64,000 nucleotides of DNA, taken from NCBI GenBank assembly GCA_034670305.1, contig JAXMNT010000027.1, positions 39,125-103,124 of the forward strand, in the 5' to 3' direction. The position numbers were made by a program, and so were the translations under genes. Below are positions 9,638-20,812 of the stretch, in pieces. The notes beneath the pieces are model-generated. The model did not search any database, was not told the DNA's origin, and worked only from the letters and a program-made list of their open reading frames with translations. Within the stretch, counting starts at the first letter, position 1. Each line of letters begins with the position of its first letter. This stretch comes from Deltaproteobacteria bacterium. Its GTDB lineage: Bacteria; Myxococcota_A; Polyangia; Polyangiales; Houyiibacteriaceae.

Positions 9638-11521
9638 GTGGCGCGCTTCATCGACGAGTTGAAACGAACACATTCCTGCGGAGAGCTGCGGGACGCACAG
9701 ATTGGCGAGGAGGTCGTCCTCTTCGGCTGGGTGCAGAACCGGCGCGACCACGGCGGCTGCATCTTCATCGACCTGCGTGACCGCGAGGGCCTGACCCAGA
9801 TCGTGTTCGACCCCTCCGAGGTCAAGGGCACCGACGATGTGTTCAAGCTCGCCGAGCGGGCCCGCAGCGAGTGGGTGCTCGGGGTGCGCGGCATCGTGCG
9901 CGACCGGGGCGAGAGCCAGCGCAACCCGCGGCTCGGGACCGGCACCGTCGAAGTCATCATTCACGAAGCCTGCGTCTTCAACGAGTCTCTCACGCCGCCC
10001 TTCGCGATCGAAGACGGGGTCGAGACCAACGAAGACAAACGGCTCGAGTACCGCTACCTCGACCTTCGTCGTCCGGTGCTCCAGCGCAACCTTCTGCGCC
10101 GCAGCCGCATGAACCACGCGGCGCGTGGGTATCTTCACGACCTCGGTTTCACCGAGGTCGAGACCCCGTTCATGGTGAAGTACACGCCGGGCGGCGCGCG
10201 CAACTTCCTGGTTCCGAGCCGTCTCTCTCCGGGCAGCTTCTACGCCCTGGCCGAGAGCCCGCAGCTCTACAAGCAGATGCTGATGTGCGCGGGATTCGAC
10301 CGCTACTACCAGATCGTGCGTTGCTTCCGGGACGAAGACCTTCGCATCGACCGGCAGCCCGAGTTCACCCAGGTGGACATCGAAATGTCGTTCATCAACC
10401 AGGACGACCTGTTCACCGTGCTCGAAGGGCTCGTGGTCCGGCTCTGGAAAGAAGCGCTCGGCGTCGACCTGACCGAGCGGTATCCGGGCGGCAAGTTCCC
10501 TCGACTTCCCTTCGATGAGTCGATGCGGCGTTTCGGCAACGACAAGCCGGACATGCGCTTCGGCCTGGAGCACGTCGATCTGACCGCGCTCGTCACCGAG
10601 CACAAGGGCGGCGGCGTGCCGTTGCTCGAACCGCTCGCGCAGAAGTTCGCGGACGGCACCTACCGAACCGAACTCCCCGCCGAGATCATGAAGGGCATGT
10701 GCGTGCCGGCAGAGCACACGCTCAGCCGCAAAGACACGGACGCGCTCGAGAAGTTCTGCCGTCAGATGGGCAGCGCGGGTCTGGCCCGCGCCAAGGTGGC
10801 CGAGGACGGATCGTGGACCCAGTCCCCGTTCGCGAAATCGATCACGCCGGAGATGCGCCTCGCGATCAACGAAGCGTGTGGCGCGAAGCCGGGCGACCTC
10901 TTGCTCTTCCAGTTCGGACAGACCCAGAAGGTCCAGACCGTGATGGCGAACCTGCGGGTGCACATCGCGCGGAAGCTCGGACTCATTCCACCGGTCGGCA
11001 CCGAAGGCGACTGGAACTTCCTCTGGGTCATCGACCCGCCCCTCTTCGAGGAGAACGAGGACGGCACCTGGGCGGCCGCACACCACGTGTTCACGCGGCC
11101 GCACGACGAAGACATCGCGAAGCTCGGCACCGACCCTGGCCTCGTGAAGTGTTACCGCTACGACCTGGTGCTCAACGGGTTCGAGATCGCGGGCGGCTCG
11201 ATCCGCCTGCACGATCCAGAAGTGCAGCAGAAGGTCTTCCAGGTCATCGGCCTCGAAGAAGAGAAGGCCCGCAGCTTGTTCGGGTTCCTGCTCGACGCGT
11301 TGAAACACGGTGCACCGCCCCACGGCGGCATCGCGTTCGGCATGGACCGGGTGGCGATGCTCGCGTGTCAGACCGAGTCGATCCGGGACGTCATCGCGTT
11401 CCCGAAGACCCAGCGCGCGAACGACCTGCTCACCGGCGCGCCCAACCCGGTGGATGCGGAGCAGCTCGCGGAACTCCGCCTGCGGGTGGAAGCACCCGAG
11501 AAGAAAGAAAAGAAAGAGTAA
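9638..11521 (+). CDS. aspS: Aspartate--tRNA ligase
   Basis: RTHSCGELR, RRDHGG, RYLDLRR, SPQLYKQMLM, RCFRDEDLRIDRQPEFTQVD, GAPPHGGIAFGMDR, IRDVIAFPKT. Confidence 0.99.
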   Translation: MARFIDELKRTHSCGELRDAQIGEEVVLFGWVQNRRDHGGCIFIDLRDREGLTQIVFDPSEVKGTDDVFKLAERARSEWVLGVRGIVRDRGESQRNPRLGTGTVEVIIHEACVFNESLTPPFAIEDGVETNEDKRLEYRYLDLRRPVLQRNLLRRSRMNHAARGYLHDLGFTEVETPFMVKYTPGGARNFLVPSRLSPGSFYALAESPQLYKQMLMCAGFDRYYQIVRCFRDEDLRIDRQPEFTQVDIEMSFINQDDLFTVLEGLVVRLWKEALGVDLTERYPGGKFPRLPFDESMRRFGNDKPDMRFGLEHVDLTALVTEHKGGGVPLLEPLAQKFADGTYRTELPAEIMKGMCVPAEHTLSRKDTDALEKFCRQMGSAGLARAKVAEDGSWTQSPFAKSITPEMRLAINEACGAKPGDLLLFQFGQTQKVQTVMANLRVHIARKLGLIPPVGTEGDWNFLWVIDPPLFEENEDGTWAAAHHVFTRPHDEDIAKLGTDPGLVKCYRYDLVLNGFEIAGGSIRLHDPEVQQKVFQVIGLEEEKARSLFGFLLDALKHGAPPHGGIAFGMDRVAMLACQTESIRDVIAFPKTQRANDLLTGAPNPVDAEQLAELRLRVEAPEKKEKKE

Positions 11522-11635
11522 CCAGCGACGCGGCGAAGCAAGCCGTGTCACCGGGGACGGGTTTGGGGGCGCTGTGCCCCCACACGCCATAGGGCCGCTG
11601 GGCGGGAACCCGCACCCGGAATCAGCTGGGGTGAA

Positions 11636-12154
11636 TCAGCCGGGGGGAGGGATCAGATGGTCCCGGACGTCGCCGGTGTATTCCGGCAACGTCTCCGACT
11701 CGACCGAGCGCGTGCGGCACTCCGTCGTGCCGGCCGGATCCGCCACGCATCGACCGTCGCATCCGAGGTCCGCGCAGGCGCCGTAGAGGTGGGCTTCGAT
11801 GACCCGTGTCTCGAGCGGCACGAATCCGGTGTCGATCTCGAACGCGATCACGCTTCCGTCTCGAAGCGTCCCGGTCACTTCGACGGTCAGCGGCGAAAGG
11901 GTCGGGCCCTCGAGCACGAGCCCGATCGAGAGCGGCAAATCCGATGCGTTCGGCTCGCGGAAGTCGTTGGTCGAGCCGAGCACCATCGCGCCGGTCGGCC
12001 CGGTGACGAGCACGTCCACCTTCTCGAAGTCCGCTTGCGGCACATCGGAGCTGATGACGACGACGAGCTCCGTGAGCGGATCGGCGCAGCCGAAGAGCGC
12101 GAGCAGCGTGAGCGGCAGGAGCATGAAACGGCGCGTGGTTCGAGTCGGGTTCAT
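11636..12154 (-). CDS. Lipoprotein (TELVVV-type N-terminal domain)
   Basis: Lipobox LFGC; ATGA overlap with the upstream TPR gene; homologous to the N-terminus of 44937-46532. Confidence 0.8.
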   Translation of the reverse strand: MNPTRTTRRFMLLPLTLLALFGCADPLTELVVVISSDVPQADFEKVDVLVTGPTGAMVLGSTNDFREPNASDLPLSIGLVLEGPTLSPLTVEVTGTLRDGSVIAFEIDTGFVPLETRVIEAHLYGACADLGCDGRCVADPAGTTECRTRSVESETLPEYTGDVRDHLIPPPG

Positions 12155-12978
12155 GGGACCGGCACCGACATGCCACCAGGGTAGTTGCCTTGGAACGCAT
12201 CGGGGGCCCGTCCGGCGACGAACACGATCGCGATGACCGCAGCCACGACGGCGAGGCCTGCCACCACGAGCCCGACGACCAGGCCGGTGTTGCCGCCCCC
12301 CGCCTCCTCTTCTTCGCTGGGACCCGTTCCAGCGCCGATGGCGACCTCTCGGGGATCGAGGGGGTCCGGTGCACGCAGCTGCACTTCTTCCGTGCCCTGC
12401 GGTTCCACGTTCACCCGGACCTGCGCGACAGTGCGGCCGGTCCGCTGGACTTCGACCGAGCGCATGCCGGGGTTGGTCTCGAACGCCGAGCCGAGCCGCT
12501 CGACCTCTTCGCCGTCGAGCAGCACCCGATCTCCGTCCTGCAGATTCTCCACCCGGATGGTCAGCTGCGGGATCAGGTTGATCACCTCCGCCAGTTCCGC
12601 CTCGACCGTGCGGCGCAGGTCGCGGTCCTCCGCGTCGGTCAGAAACCGCTGGTAGGCGTCGCGGGCTTCGAGCAGTTCACCGGTCTGTCGGTACGCACTC
12701 CCGAGGTTGACCAGGATCCGCGGGCGTGGAGAGAGCTCGTAGGCTCGGCGAAAGCGGTCGCGCGCTTCGGGCCAGCGCTCGGCGCTCGCGGCTTCGATGC
12801 CTTCCCGAAATGCTGCCCGAGCGGCCGCGACATCGGCGTTGTCCTGCGCATCGACGGGGCCGGCGATCGCGAATTCACCTGCAATCAGCGACAAAACCAC
12901 AAGCGTTCGAGCCAGTCCTCGGACAGGGGCGCTCGCGGAACGAACGCAAGGATCGGGGGCCACACACGGAGTCCGCAT
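12151..12978 (-). CDS. TPR + PEGA-like protein with C-terminal TM helix
   Basis: ARAAFREG...WPEARDRFRRAYELSP..ILVNLGSAYRQTG (TPR), VLLDG..NPG (PEGA-like), hydrophobic C-terminal helix. Confidence 0.85.
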   Translation of the reverse strand: MRTPCVAPDPCVRSASAPVRGLARTLVVLSLIAGEFAIAGPVDAQDNADVAAARAAFREGIEAASAERWPEARDRFRRAYELSPRPRILVNLGSAYRQTGELLEARDAYQRFLTDAEDRDLRRTVEAELAEVINLIPQLTIRVENLQDGDRVLLDGEEVERLGSAFETNPGMRSVEVQRTGRTVAQVRVNVEPQGTEEVQLRAPDPLDPREVAIGAGTGPSEEEEAGGGNTGLVVGLVVAGLAVVAAVIAIVFVAGRAPDAFQGNYPGGMSVPVP

Positions 12979-13117
12979 CCCGGAGAAGCTACCACCTCGC
13001 TCGTCGTTTCGGCATGCCCAACCGCGACCCCATCGCACAGCGGTCGTACAGCGTGCGAATCCTGGGCCGCCACAACGTTGTCCGGATCACGTTTGGTCCA
13101 CTACACTGGGCAGTCAC

Positions 13118-14824
13118 GTGCGGGTCGGTGAGACAATTGCGGGTTACGAGGTCGTGGCCAAGCTCAAGCCTGGGGGCATGGCCACCCTGTACCTCGGAAA
13201 ACGCGAGCGTGCCGGTGGCTTCGCCAAACACGCCGCCATCAAGGTCGTGCACGAGCACCTCGCCGACGACGAGAACTTCGTCACGATGTTTCTCGACGAA
13301 GCCAGGCTGACCGCGCGCATCGAACACCCGAACATCGTGCACGTCCACGACCTCGGCGAAGCGGAGGGTCGCTACTTCCTGATCATGGAGTACGTGCCGG
13401 GCTGCAGCCTCGCGCAGTTGCTCCGCAAGATCGGCAGGATGGGTCGGCGGCTCTCGCCCGAGTCGGCGTGCTGGATCGCCGCGCAGGTCGCCGCTGGGCT
13501 CCATGCGGCGCACGAGGCGACCGACGACACCGGGACCTGTCTCGACGTGGTGCACCGCGACGTCAGTCCGAAGAACGTGCTCGTCGCCTACCTCGGGTAC
13601 GTGAAACTCATCGACTTCGGCATCGCCAAAGCCGGCGGCCGCTCGACCCAGACCGCGACCGGGCTCGTCAAAGGCACGTTCCGGTACATGGCGCCGGAGC
13701 AAGCGAAGGGTCTCGACATCGACGCGCGGGTCGACGTCTACGCCCTCGGCATCTGCCTTTGGGAGATGTTGACCGGCCGAAGACTCTTCGACGCAGACAA
13801 CGACCTGCGGCTCCTCGACATGGTGCGTGATCCGAAGGTGCCGAAACCGAGCGAGTTCGCGTCGGTCTCCCCGGCCCTCGACGCCGTCGTGATGAAGGCC
13901 CTCGCGCCCGACCGCGACCAGCGGTACGCGAGCGCCGACGAGTTCCGTGCGGGCTTGGCCGAGGCGATCCCGGCGGCACTCGCCATGACGGCGCGACAGA
14001 TGGGCGAGCTCGTCAGCGTGGCGATGGGCGAACCCGAGATGAAGGGCGCCGATCCCTCGGTCATCAGCATGCTCGGCAAACCGCTCTCGGTCGCAGAACC
14101 GGATTCGGTCATCCAGAAGCTGCTCGTCGATCCCAGCGCGACCCCACCTCCGATCGATGGCTCGGCAGCCCTCAAGATCGAACCCTCGCCCGTCACCGTG
14201 ACCCCGAGCAATCCCACCGGATCAGGCATCGTCGCCTCGCCGATCGTGCCTCCGCTCGGCGCGGCGGCGGAATTCGACGATGCACCGACGTTGTTCACGC
14301 CGAGTACGCCGTTCGGCTTGCAAGCAGCGCCGGTCGAAGTGGTGCTGCCCGACGCCCTCCCACCGATGCCTCAGGCTCCGGTGGAGTATCCCCACCCCAA
14401 ACGCTCGCGGGCGATGCTGGTGGCGGCCTTGGGGGGGCTGCTCTTGGTCGGCGGAGGCGCGCTCGTATGGGCCACTTCGGGAGGCGCCTCCGAGCCCGTC
14501 GTCTCCCCTCTGCCTCCGCGCGCCAACACCTCTCCGGTCGCGGTACCGGTCGAGCCCCCGGCCGAACCGGTGGTCGAACCAGTGATCGAACCAGTCGCGG
14601 AAGTCGAACCGGAAGTCGAACCGGACGTCGAGCCGGACGTCGAACCGGACGCCGAGCCGGAAGTCGCGGTCGCCATGACGACGGCGATGACCCGCCGGGG
14701 CATGCGCCGCGTCGTGCGGGAAGAAGACCCCGACCCGCCCGTGATGACGCGCATGCGCCGCGTCCAGATGCGCGTGACCTCCACGATGACGGACAACCCG
14801 CTCATCGTGGACGACGTGTTCTGA
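13118..14824 (+). CDS. Membrane Ser/Thr protein kinase
   Basis: GGMATLY, AAIK, HRDVSPKN, DFG, YMAPE, DVYALG; TM helix followed by EP-repeat and Met-rich tail. Confidence 0.95.
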   Translation: MRVGETIAGYEVVAKLKPGGMATLYLGKRERAGGFAKHAAIKVVHEHLADDENFVTMFLDEARLTARIEHPNIVHVHDLGEAEGRYFLIMEYVPGCSLAQLLRKIGRMGRRLSPESACWIAAQVAAGLHAAHEATDDTGTCLDVVHRDVSPKNVLVAYLGYVKLIDFGIAKAGGRSTQTATGLVKGTFRYMAPEQAKGLDIDARVDVYALGICLWEMLTGRRLFDADNDLRLLDMVRDPKVPKPSEFASVSPALDAVVMKALAPDRDQRYASADEFRAGLAEAIPAALAMTARQMGELVSVAMGEPEMKGADPSVISMLGKPLSVAEPDSVIQKLLVDPSATPPPIDGSAALKIEPSPVTVTPSNPTGSGIVASPIVPPLGAAAEFDDAPTLFTPSTPFGLQAAPVEVVLPDALPPMPQAPVEYPHPKRSRAMLVAALGGLLLVGGGALVWATSGGASEPVVSPLPPRANTSPVAVPVEPPAEPVVEPVIEPVAEVEPEVEPDVEPDVEPDAEPEVAVAMTTAMTRRGMRRVVREEDPDPPVMTRMRRVQMRVTSTMTDNPLIVDDVF

Positions 14825-14829
14825 AGGCC

Positions 14830-15216
14830 TCAGTTCGCTTCGACGACCTGCTTGATCGCCTGGTCCCGCAGGTACTTCGCCGCGCGTTCGACCAGCGAGC
14901 CGAGCAGCAGCAGATCGTCGCCTTCGATCACAGCCCCGCAGCCGAGCGACTTCTTCATTCTCTTTTGGAGCGCTTCCAGCGCCCCCGGCTCCAGACCGCT
15001 GATCCGCGTCACGGTCTTGCCCTTGCGTCCCTTCTTCTCACGCCGGACCACGACCTTGCCGGTGGCCAGGGTCGAGACGGACGCACTGCCGGTTTCGGCG
15101 GGCTCGGGCTCGGAACGGTCCGGACCGGGGGGCAGGTCGCCGCTTGGGGCGAGCGCGCCGAACGGGTTGTGTGACAACGCGGGCGTGCCCTTGGGCGTGG
15201 GTTTCTTGGAGGCCAC
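14830..15216 (-). CDS. yciH: Translation initiation factor SUI1/YciH family
   Basis: HNPFGAL, RREKKGRKGKTVTRISG, KKSLGCG; start GTG 15216 inferred. Confidence 0.85.
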   Translation of the reverse strand: MASKKPTPKGTPALSHNPFGALAPSGDLPPGPDRSEPEPAETGSASVSTLATGKVVVRREKKGRKGKTVTRISGLEPGALEALQKRMKKSLGCGAVIEGDDLLLLGSLVERAAKYLRDQAIKQVVEAN

Positions 15217-15254
15217 GGCCCAAGTAGAGCACACCTGCCGCGGGTCGCAGGCGC

Positions 15255-15842
15255 TCAGCGCAGGTCGGGATCGTTGGTGGACGGTGCCGGCTCGGGAGGG
15301 CGCCGGCTCAGGGACTCGAGCCGCCGGTCGCACTCCGCCCGCCACCCGTCGAGCTCGATGCCTTCGCGGACCCCCATCTCATGACAGACCTCGAACGCCT
15401 CCACCGCGAGCCGTCGCAGACCGGGCACGAACGAACGCACTTGGTCGATCCCGTCTTCGGAGAGGCGGCTCAGATCGACCTCGGCCAGCTGGCTGGCCGT
15501 GCGCTCCAAGATGGCGCCATGCAGCCCGACGCCAACCGCCCGTTCACGCGCTGGTTGGGTACGCAGGGCGCGGCGTGCACGGGCGGCGTTCTCGAGCGTC
15601 TCGGTGCGCGCAGCCATCCAGGGTGCATAGACCCGCGAGGCCCATGAGGCCGGCGCGGCGTGAGGCGGCGCCAAGGGCGGGAGCTCCTCGGTGCACCGCA
15701 CCAGCAGGCGCAGCGCTTCGCTCGCGGTCGAGGCCCCGACCGGCGCGGGTGGCCAGCCGCTGACATGGAGCGCCGGCGCGGGACCTTGGGGCGCCAGGGT
15801 GCCACCGCAGCCCAGCAACGCTGCGACACAGAACACCTTCAC
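15255..15842 (-). CDS. Hypothetical lipoprotein
   Basis: VKVFCVAALLGC lipobox; helical; ends WRAECDRRLESL. Confidence 0.65.
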   Translation of the reverse strand: MKVFCVAALLGCGGTLAPQGPAPALHVSGWPPAPVGASTASEALRLLVRCTEELPPLAPPHAAPASWASRVYAPWMAARTETLENAARARRALRTQPARERAVGVGLHGAILERTASQLAEVDLSRLSEDGIDQVRSFVPGLRRLAVEAFEVCHEMGVREGIELDGWRAECDRRLESLSRRPPEPAPSTNDPDLR

Positions 15843-15861
15843 CCGTCTCCAGCCATGTGCC

Positions 15862-15917
15862 CGGCCGGACAAGACGGTTCGGCCGGACAAGACGGTTCGG
15901 CCGGACAAGACGGTTCG
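15862..15917. repeat. 18-bp tandem repeat x3 (CGGCCGGACAAGACGGTT)
   Basis: Exact copies at 15862, 15880 and 15898. Confidence 0.95.
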
Positions 15918-15928
15918 ATCCGAGACCA

Positions 15929-16489
15929 CTACTCGAGGTCGGTGCCACAGGTCGCGGCGAAGTCGTCTTCCAGGTGCACGCCCAGCATCAGGACGAGTCG
16001 GTTGACGAAGTTGAAGTAGCCGATGGTCAGCGTCGCATCGAGGATGGCGCGGTCGTCCAGGCCTTCGGCTTTCAGCCGGCGAACGTCTTCTTCAGAAGCC
16101 TCCCCCGGCAACCGGGTTCGATCGATCGCCCACTGGACGAGCGAGCGGTCGGGTTCCGCTTCGGGGACCCCTCCGTCTTGCAAACGGGCGATCACGTCCT
16201 CCTCGTCGCCGAGGTTGCGAAGGGCCTGCGCGTGGTGGGCGCTGCAGTACGCGCAACCGTTGGCGATCGACACCGCGACCCCAAGCCGCTCCCGTTGAAT
16301 CCGGCTCAACGTCGACTTCTGGAACAGGATCGCCTTGTACATCTCGAGGTGCGCCTGCATCGCTTTGGGGTTGAGCGATTGCACCTGGTGCACGGTCGCG
16401 ACCCCGCCGCGCGCGCCCGCGATCCGCTGGTAGAGCGCCGCAAGGGCGCCGGTCGCGTCTTCCGGGGAGACCACATCGATGAATGCCAT
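15929..16489 (-). CDS. AhpD/carboxymuconolactone decarboxylase family peroxidase-related enzyme
   Basis: LSRIQRERLGVAVSIANGCAYCSAHH, GYFNFVNRL; ATG 16489. Confidence 0.92.
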   Translation of the reverse strand: MAFIDVVSPEDATGALAALYQRIAGARGGVATVHQVQSLNPKAMQAHLEMYKAILFQKSTLSRIQRERLGVAVSIANGCAYCSAHHAQALRNLGDEEDVIARLQDGGVPEAEPDRSLVQWAIDRTRLPGEASEEDVRRLKAEGLDDRAILDATLTIGYFNFVNRLVLMLGVHLEDDFAATCGTDLE

Positions 16490-16630
16490 GAGCGCGTTAT
16501 GGCACTTTCTCGCCGCGGTCCGAAACGCTCCCCGAAACCCGTTCCGGAACGCCCTGCGAAACGGCAGGGGTCTTGGAAACACAGCTCTTGGAAACACAGC
16601 GCGTTCCGTCAGGTGGGGTAGACTGCGCCC

Positions 16631-18430
<1,800 letters not shown>

Positions 18431-18551
18431 ACGCAGGTGGCCCGACGCTATGACATCGATGTCCGGCATCGAGGGGGGTCGCCCTCGCGGATCTGGCGCA
18501 AAGGGCGGCGCTGCCCAATGATTCCGTCGTGATCGGTTCTTCCCACCGCAG

Positions 18552-18567
18552 CGGCACGCCCATTGCT
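18552..18567 (+). promoter_or_regulatory. sigma54 (-24/-12) promoter
   Basis: CGGCACGCCCATTGCT (GG-N10-GC); palindrome GACATCGATGTC at 18452-18463 upstream. Confidence 0.75.
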
Positions 18568-18579
18568 TTGTCCTGGGTC

Positions 18580-19110
18580 ATGCGCTGCCTTCCGCTGGCG
18601 GGGCTGCCCCTCTTCATGAGTTGCCTCGTCACCGAACCGATTCAGATCCCCGAAGAGGTCAACCTGCCTCCGTCCATCATGAGCGCGCCCGAAGCGCGTG
18701 CGATGGGCACCGCGCTCGACCAGATCGTCGTCTTCGACGAAGGCGACGGCGCGATGGAACAGGAGTTCCAGGTGGTGGTGCGCGATCCCAACGCGGACCA
18801 GTCGCTCGAGTATCAAATCTGGGTGGACTTCAACGGCTCGCTCGACTCCCTGGTCGGCTCCGGAACGATCGAGCCGACCGGCACCATGGACCGCTCGTTC
18901 GCCTTCACGGTGCGGAGCGACAAACTCGGACCCGCGGCCGCATGCCGCAAGGTCGAGTTGCTCGTGAGCACCGAGTTCGACTTCAACATCGACACCATGC
19001 TCCGCCAACCGGTCGAGGCGCTCGACATCGCACAGGCCGTCTGGTGGGTGCGCGTCATCGACACTGGAGAGGTCGACCGTCAGGCGATCGACCTGGACTC
19101 GTGCCGATGA
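18580..19110 (+). CDS. Hypothetical lipoprotein
   Basis: MRCLPLAGLPLFMSC; beta-rich; ATGA overlap with the next gene. Confidence 0.8.
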   Translation: MRCLPLAGLPLFMSCLVTEPIQIPEEVNLPPSIMSAPEARAMGTALDQIVVFDEGDGAMEQEFQVVVRDPNADQSLEYQIWVDFNGSLDSLVGSGTIEPTGTMDRSFAFTVRSDKLGPAAACRKVELLVSTEFDFNIDTMLRQPVEALDIAQAVWWVRVIDTGEVDRQAIDLDSCR

Positions 19111-20807
19111 ACGCATCCACGCATGGCTGGTCTCTCGTCCTCCTGCTCGCCTCTGCGTGCAGCTTCGCCCCCGCGCAGCCGTCTTTGCTGAACGCGTGCG
19201 GCTCGGACGCCGAGTGCGGCTCGGCGCGATGCGAAGTCGAGGCCGGACGCTGCGTGAACGACGCCGTGGGTTACCCGCTGGCGCTCGAGGTGGTGCCCGG
19301 CTCGAGTCTCTCGGAAGAGCCGCTGCCCACCTGGACCGCGACGCCCGAAACGCTCACCGCGCCGATGGAGCGGGACCTGACGCTTCCGCCTTACGTGGAT
19401 CTCGTCGGTCGACTTCGCTGGGGTGGCGCGCGGGTGCCGGCCGAACTCGTCTTCACGAGCGTCGACGTCATCGGCCGCACGACCAAGGTGCGGGTCCAGA
19501 CGTTCCGCGAGGAGCAACGCATCGGGGACGTCGACGCGGACTTCCGAGTGCGACTGGCCACGAACCGCATGTACGAAGTCGACGTGCGGCCGTCTTCGGA
19601 GTCGATGCCGGACGCGAGCATTTCGTGGCTCGAGGCGCTGCCTCCGCTGCGCGTGCTCCAGGTGGAAACGCCTCCCTACGATCCAGAGCGCCCTGCCAAC
19701 TTCGTCTGGCCGGTCGAGCTCGGGTGGCCGGAAGACTTCTCGACGCCGTGCGGCGGCAGCCTGGTCGCGGCGTGCACGCTCAGCGGCCTCGTGGTCAGCC
19801 TCGATGGGGAAACCGAGATGCCCGAAGGCGGTCTCCAGGTGCGCGCGGTGGATGCCGAGACCGGCCGAACCGTCTCGTCCACCGCCGTGACCACCGACGA
19901 AGGCGTGTTCTCGATCGTGACCTCGCCCGACGTCGAGCGGTACCTGCTCCGGGTCAACCGAGGCACCGACCGAGAGCTCTTCCCGACGGTCACAGTCGAC
20001 CCCGCGTTCTTGTTCGGTGGCGACGCACGCATTCGAGTGCCGACCGTCGACGTGGTCACCTACCGCGGCTTCGTGCGCACCCCGGGCGACGACGACATCG
20101 CGGGCGCCACGATGCGTTTCACGTCCACCGACGTGCTCGACGAAGGGGTCGGGCTCACCGGCAGCTACACCACGACCATCGAGACCAACGGTCGCGGAGA
20201 CTTCGACGTCGATCTGCTGGCCGGCAGCTACCAGGTCGTCATCACCCCGCCGGAAGGGTCGAGCAGCGTCTTCACCGAAGTCGCGATTCCGCTCTCGGCC
20301 GGCTCCGGGGTGATTCAGGGGCAGCGCTTCGAACTCCCGGATCGCTCGCGCTTCGGCGGTGTCGTGTCCACGGCGTTCGGCGAGGTCGTCACCTCGATTC
20401 CGGTCAACGCAGCCGCGCTTGGCTGGGAGCCGGGTCCCGACGACTCCCTCGCGTTTCCCTTCAACCGGTCCAACGACGCGGTCTCGGACGAGACCGGTCA
20501 GTTCGAGTTGAGGCTCGACCTCGGCGCCTACGACGTGTTCGTCAAACCGCCGATGGACTCGAACTACAGCTGGGTCGTCGCGCCCTCGGTCCGCGTCGGC
20601 AGCCTCGAGCGCACCCGCATGGAAGACTTTGTGCTTGAGGCACCCGTGCCGGTCCACGGCCGGGTGGAACGCACCGAAGGAGCGCTCGAGCCCGGCGGCG
20701 AAGTCCGCGCGTGGGCCCAGACCGAAGACGGCCGCTTCATCGAAGTGGGCCGCGCCCGCATCGACGAAACCGGCGCCTACGAACTGCTCCTCCCCCACAG
20801 CCTGTAA
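19107..20807 (+). CDS. Lipoprotein with carboxypeptidase-regulatory-like beta-sandwich repeats
   Basis: LLASAC lipobox; repeats TTDEGVFSI, TNGRGDFDV..G.Y, SDETGQFEL..GAY, IDETGAYEL. Confidence 0.8.
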   Translation: MNASTHGWSLVLLLASACSFAPAQPSLLNACGSDAECGSARCEVEAGRCVNDAVGYPLALEVVPGSSLSEEPLPTWTATPETLTAPMERDLTLPPYVDLVGRLRWGGARVPAELVFTSVDVIGRTTKVRVQTFREEQRIGDVDADFRVRLATNRMYEVDVRPSSESMPDASISWLEALPPLRVLQVETPPYDPERPANFVWPVELGWPEDFSTPCGGSLVAACTLSGLVVSLDGETEMPEGGLQVRAVDAETGRTVSSTAVTTDEGVFSIVTSPDVERYLLRVNRGTDRELFPTVTVDPAFLFGGDARIRVPTVDVVTYRGFVRTPGDDDIAGATMRFTSTDVLDEGVGLTGSYTTTIETNGRGDFDVDLLAGSYQVVITPPEGSSSVFTEVAIPLSAGSGVIQGQRFELPDRSRFGGVVSTAFGEVVTSIPVNAAALGWEPGPDDSLAFPFNRSNDAVSDETGQFELRLDLGAYDVFVKPPMDSNYSWVVAPSVRVGSLERTRMEDFVLEAPVPVHGRVERTEGALEPGGEVRAWAQTEDGRFIEVGRARIDETGAYELLLPHSL

Positions 20808-20812
20808 CGCCG

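Noticed and set aside
16500-16514. sigma54 promoter TGGCACTTTCTCGC
   Set aside because: GG-to-GC spacing is 9 nt, not the required 10.
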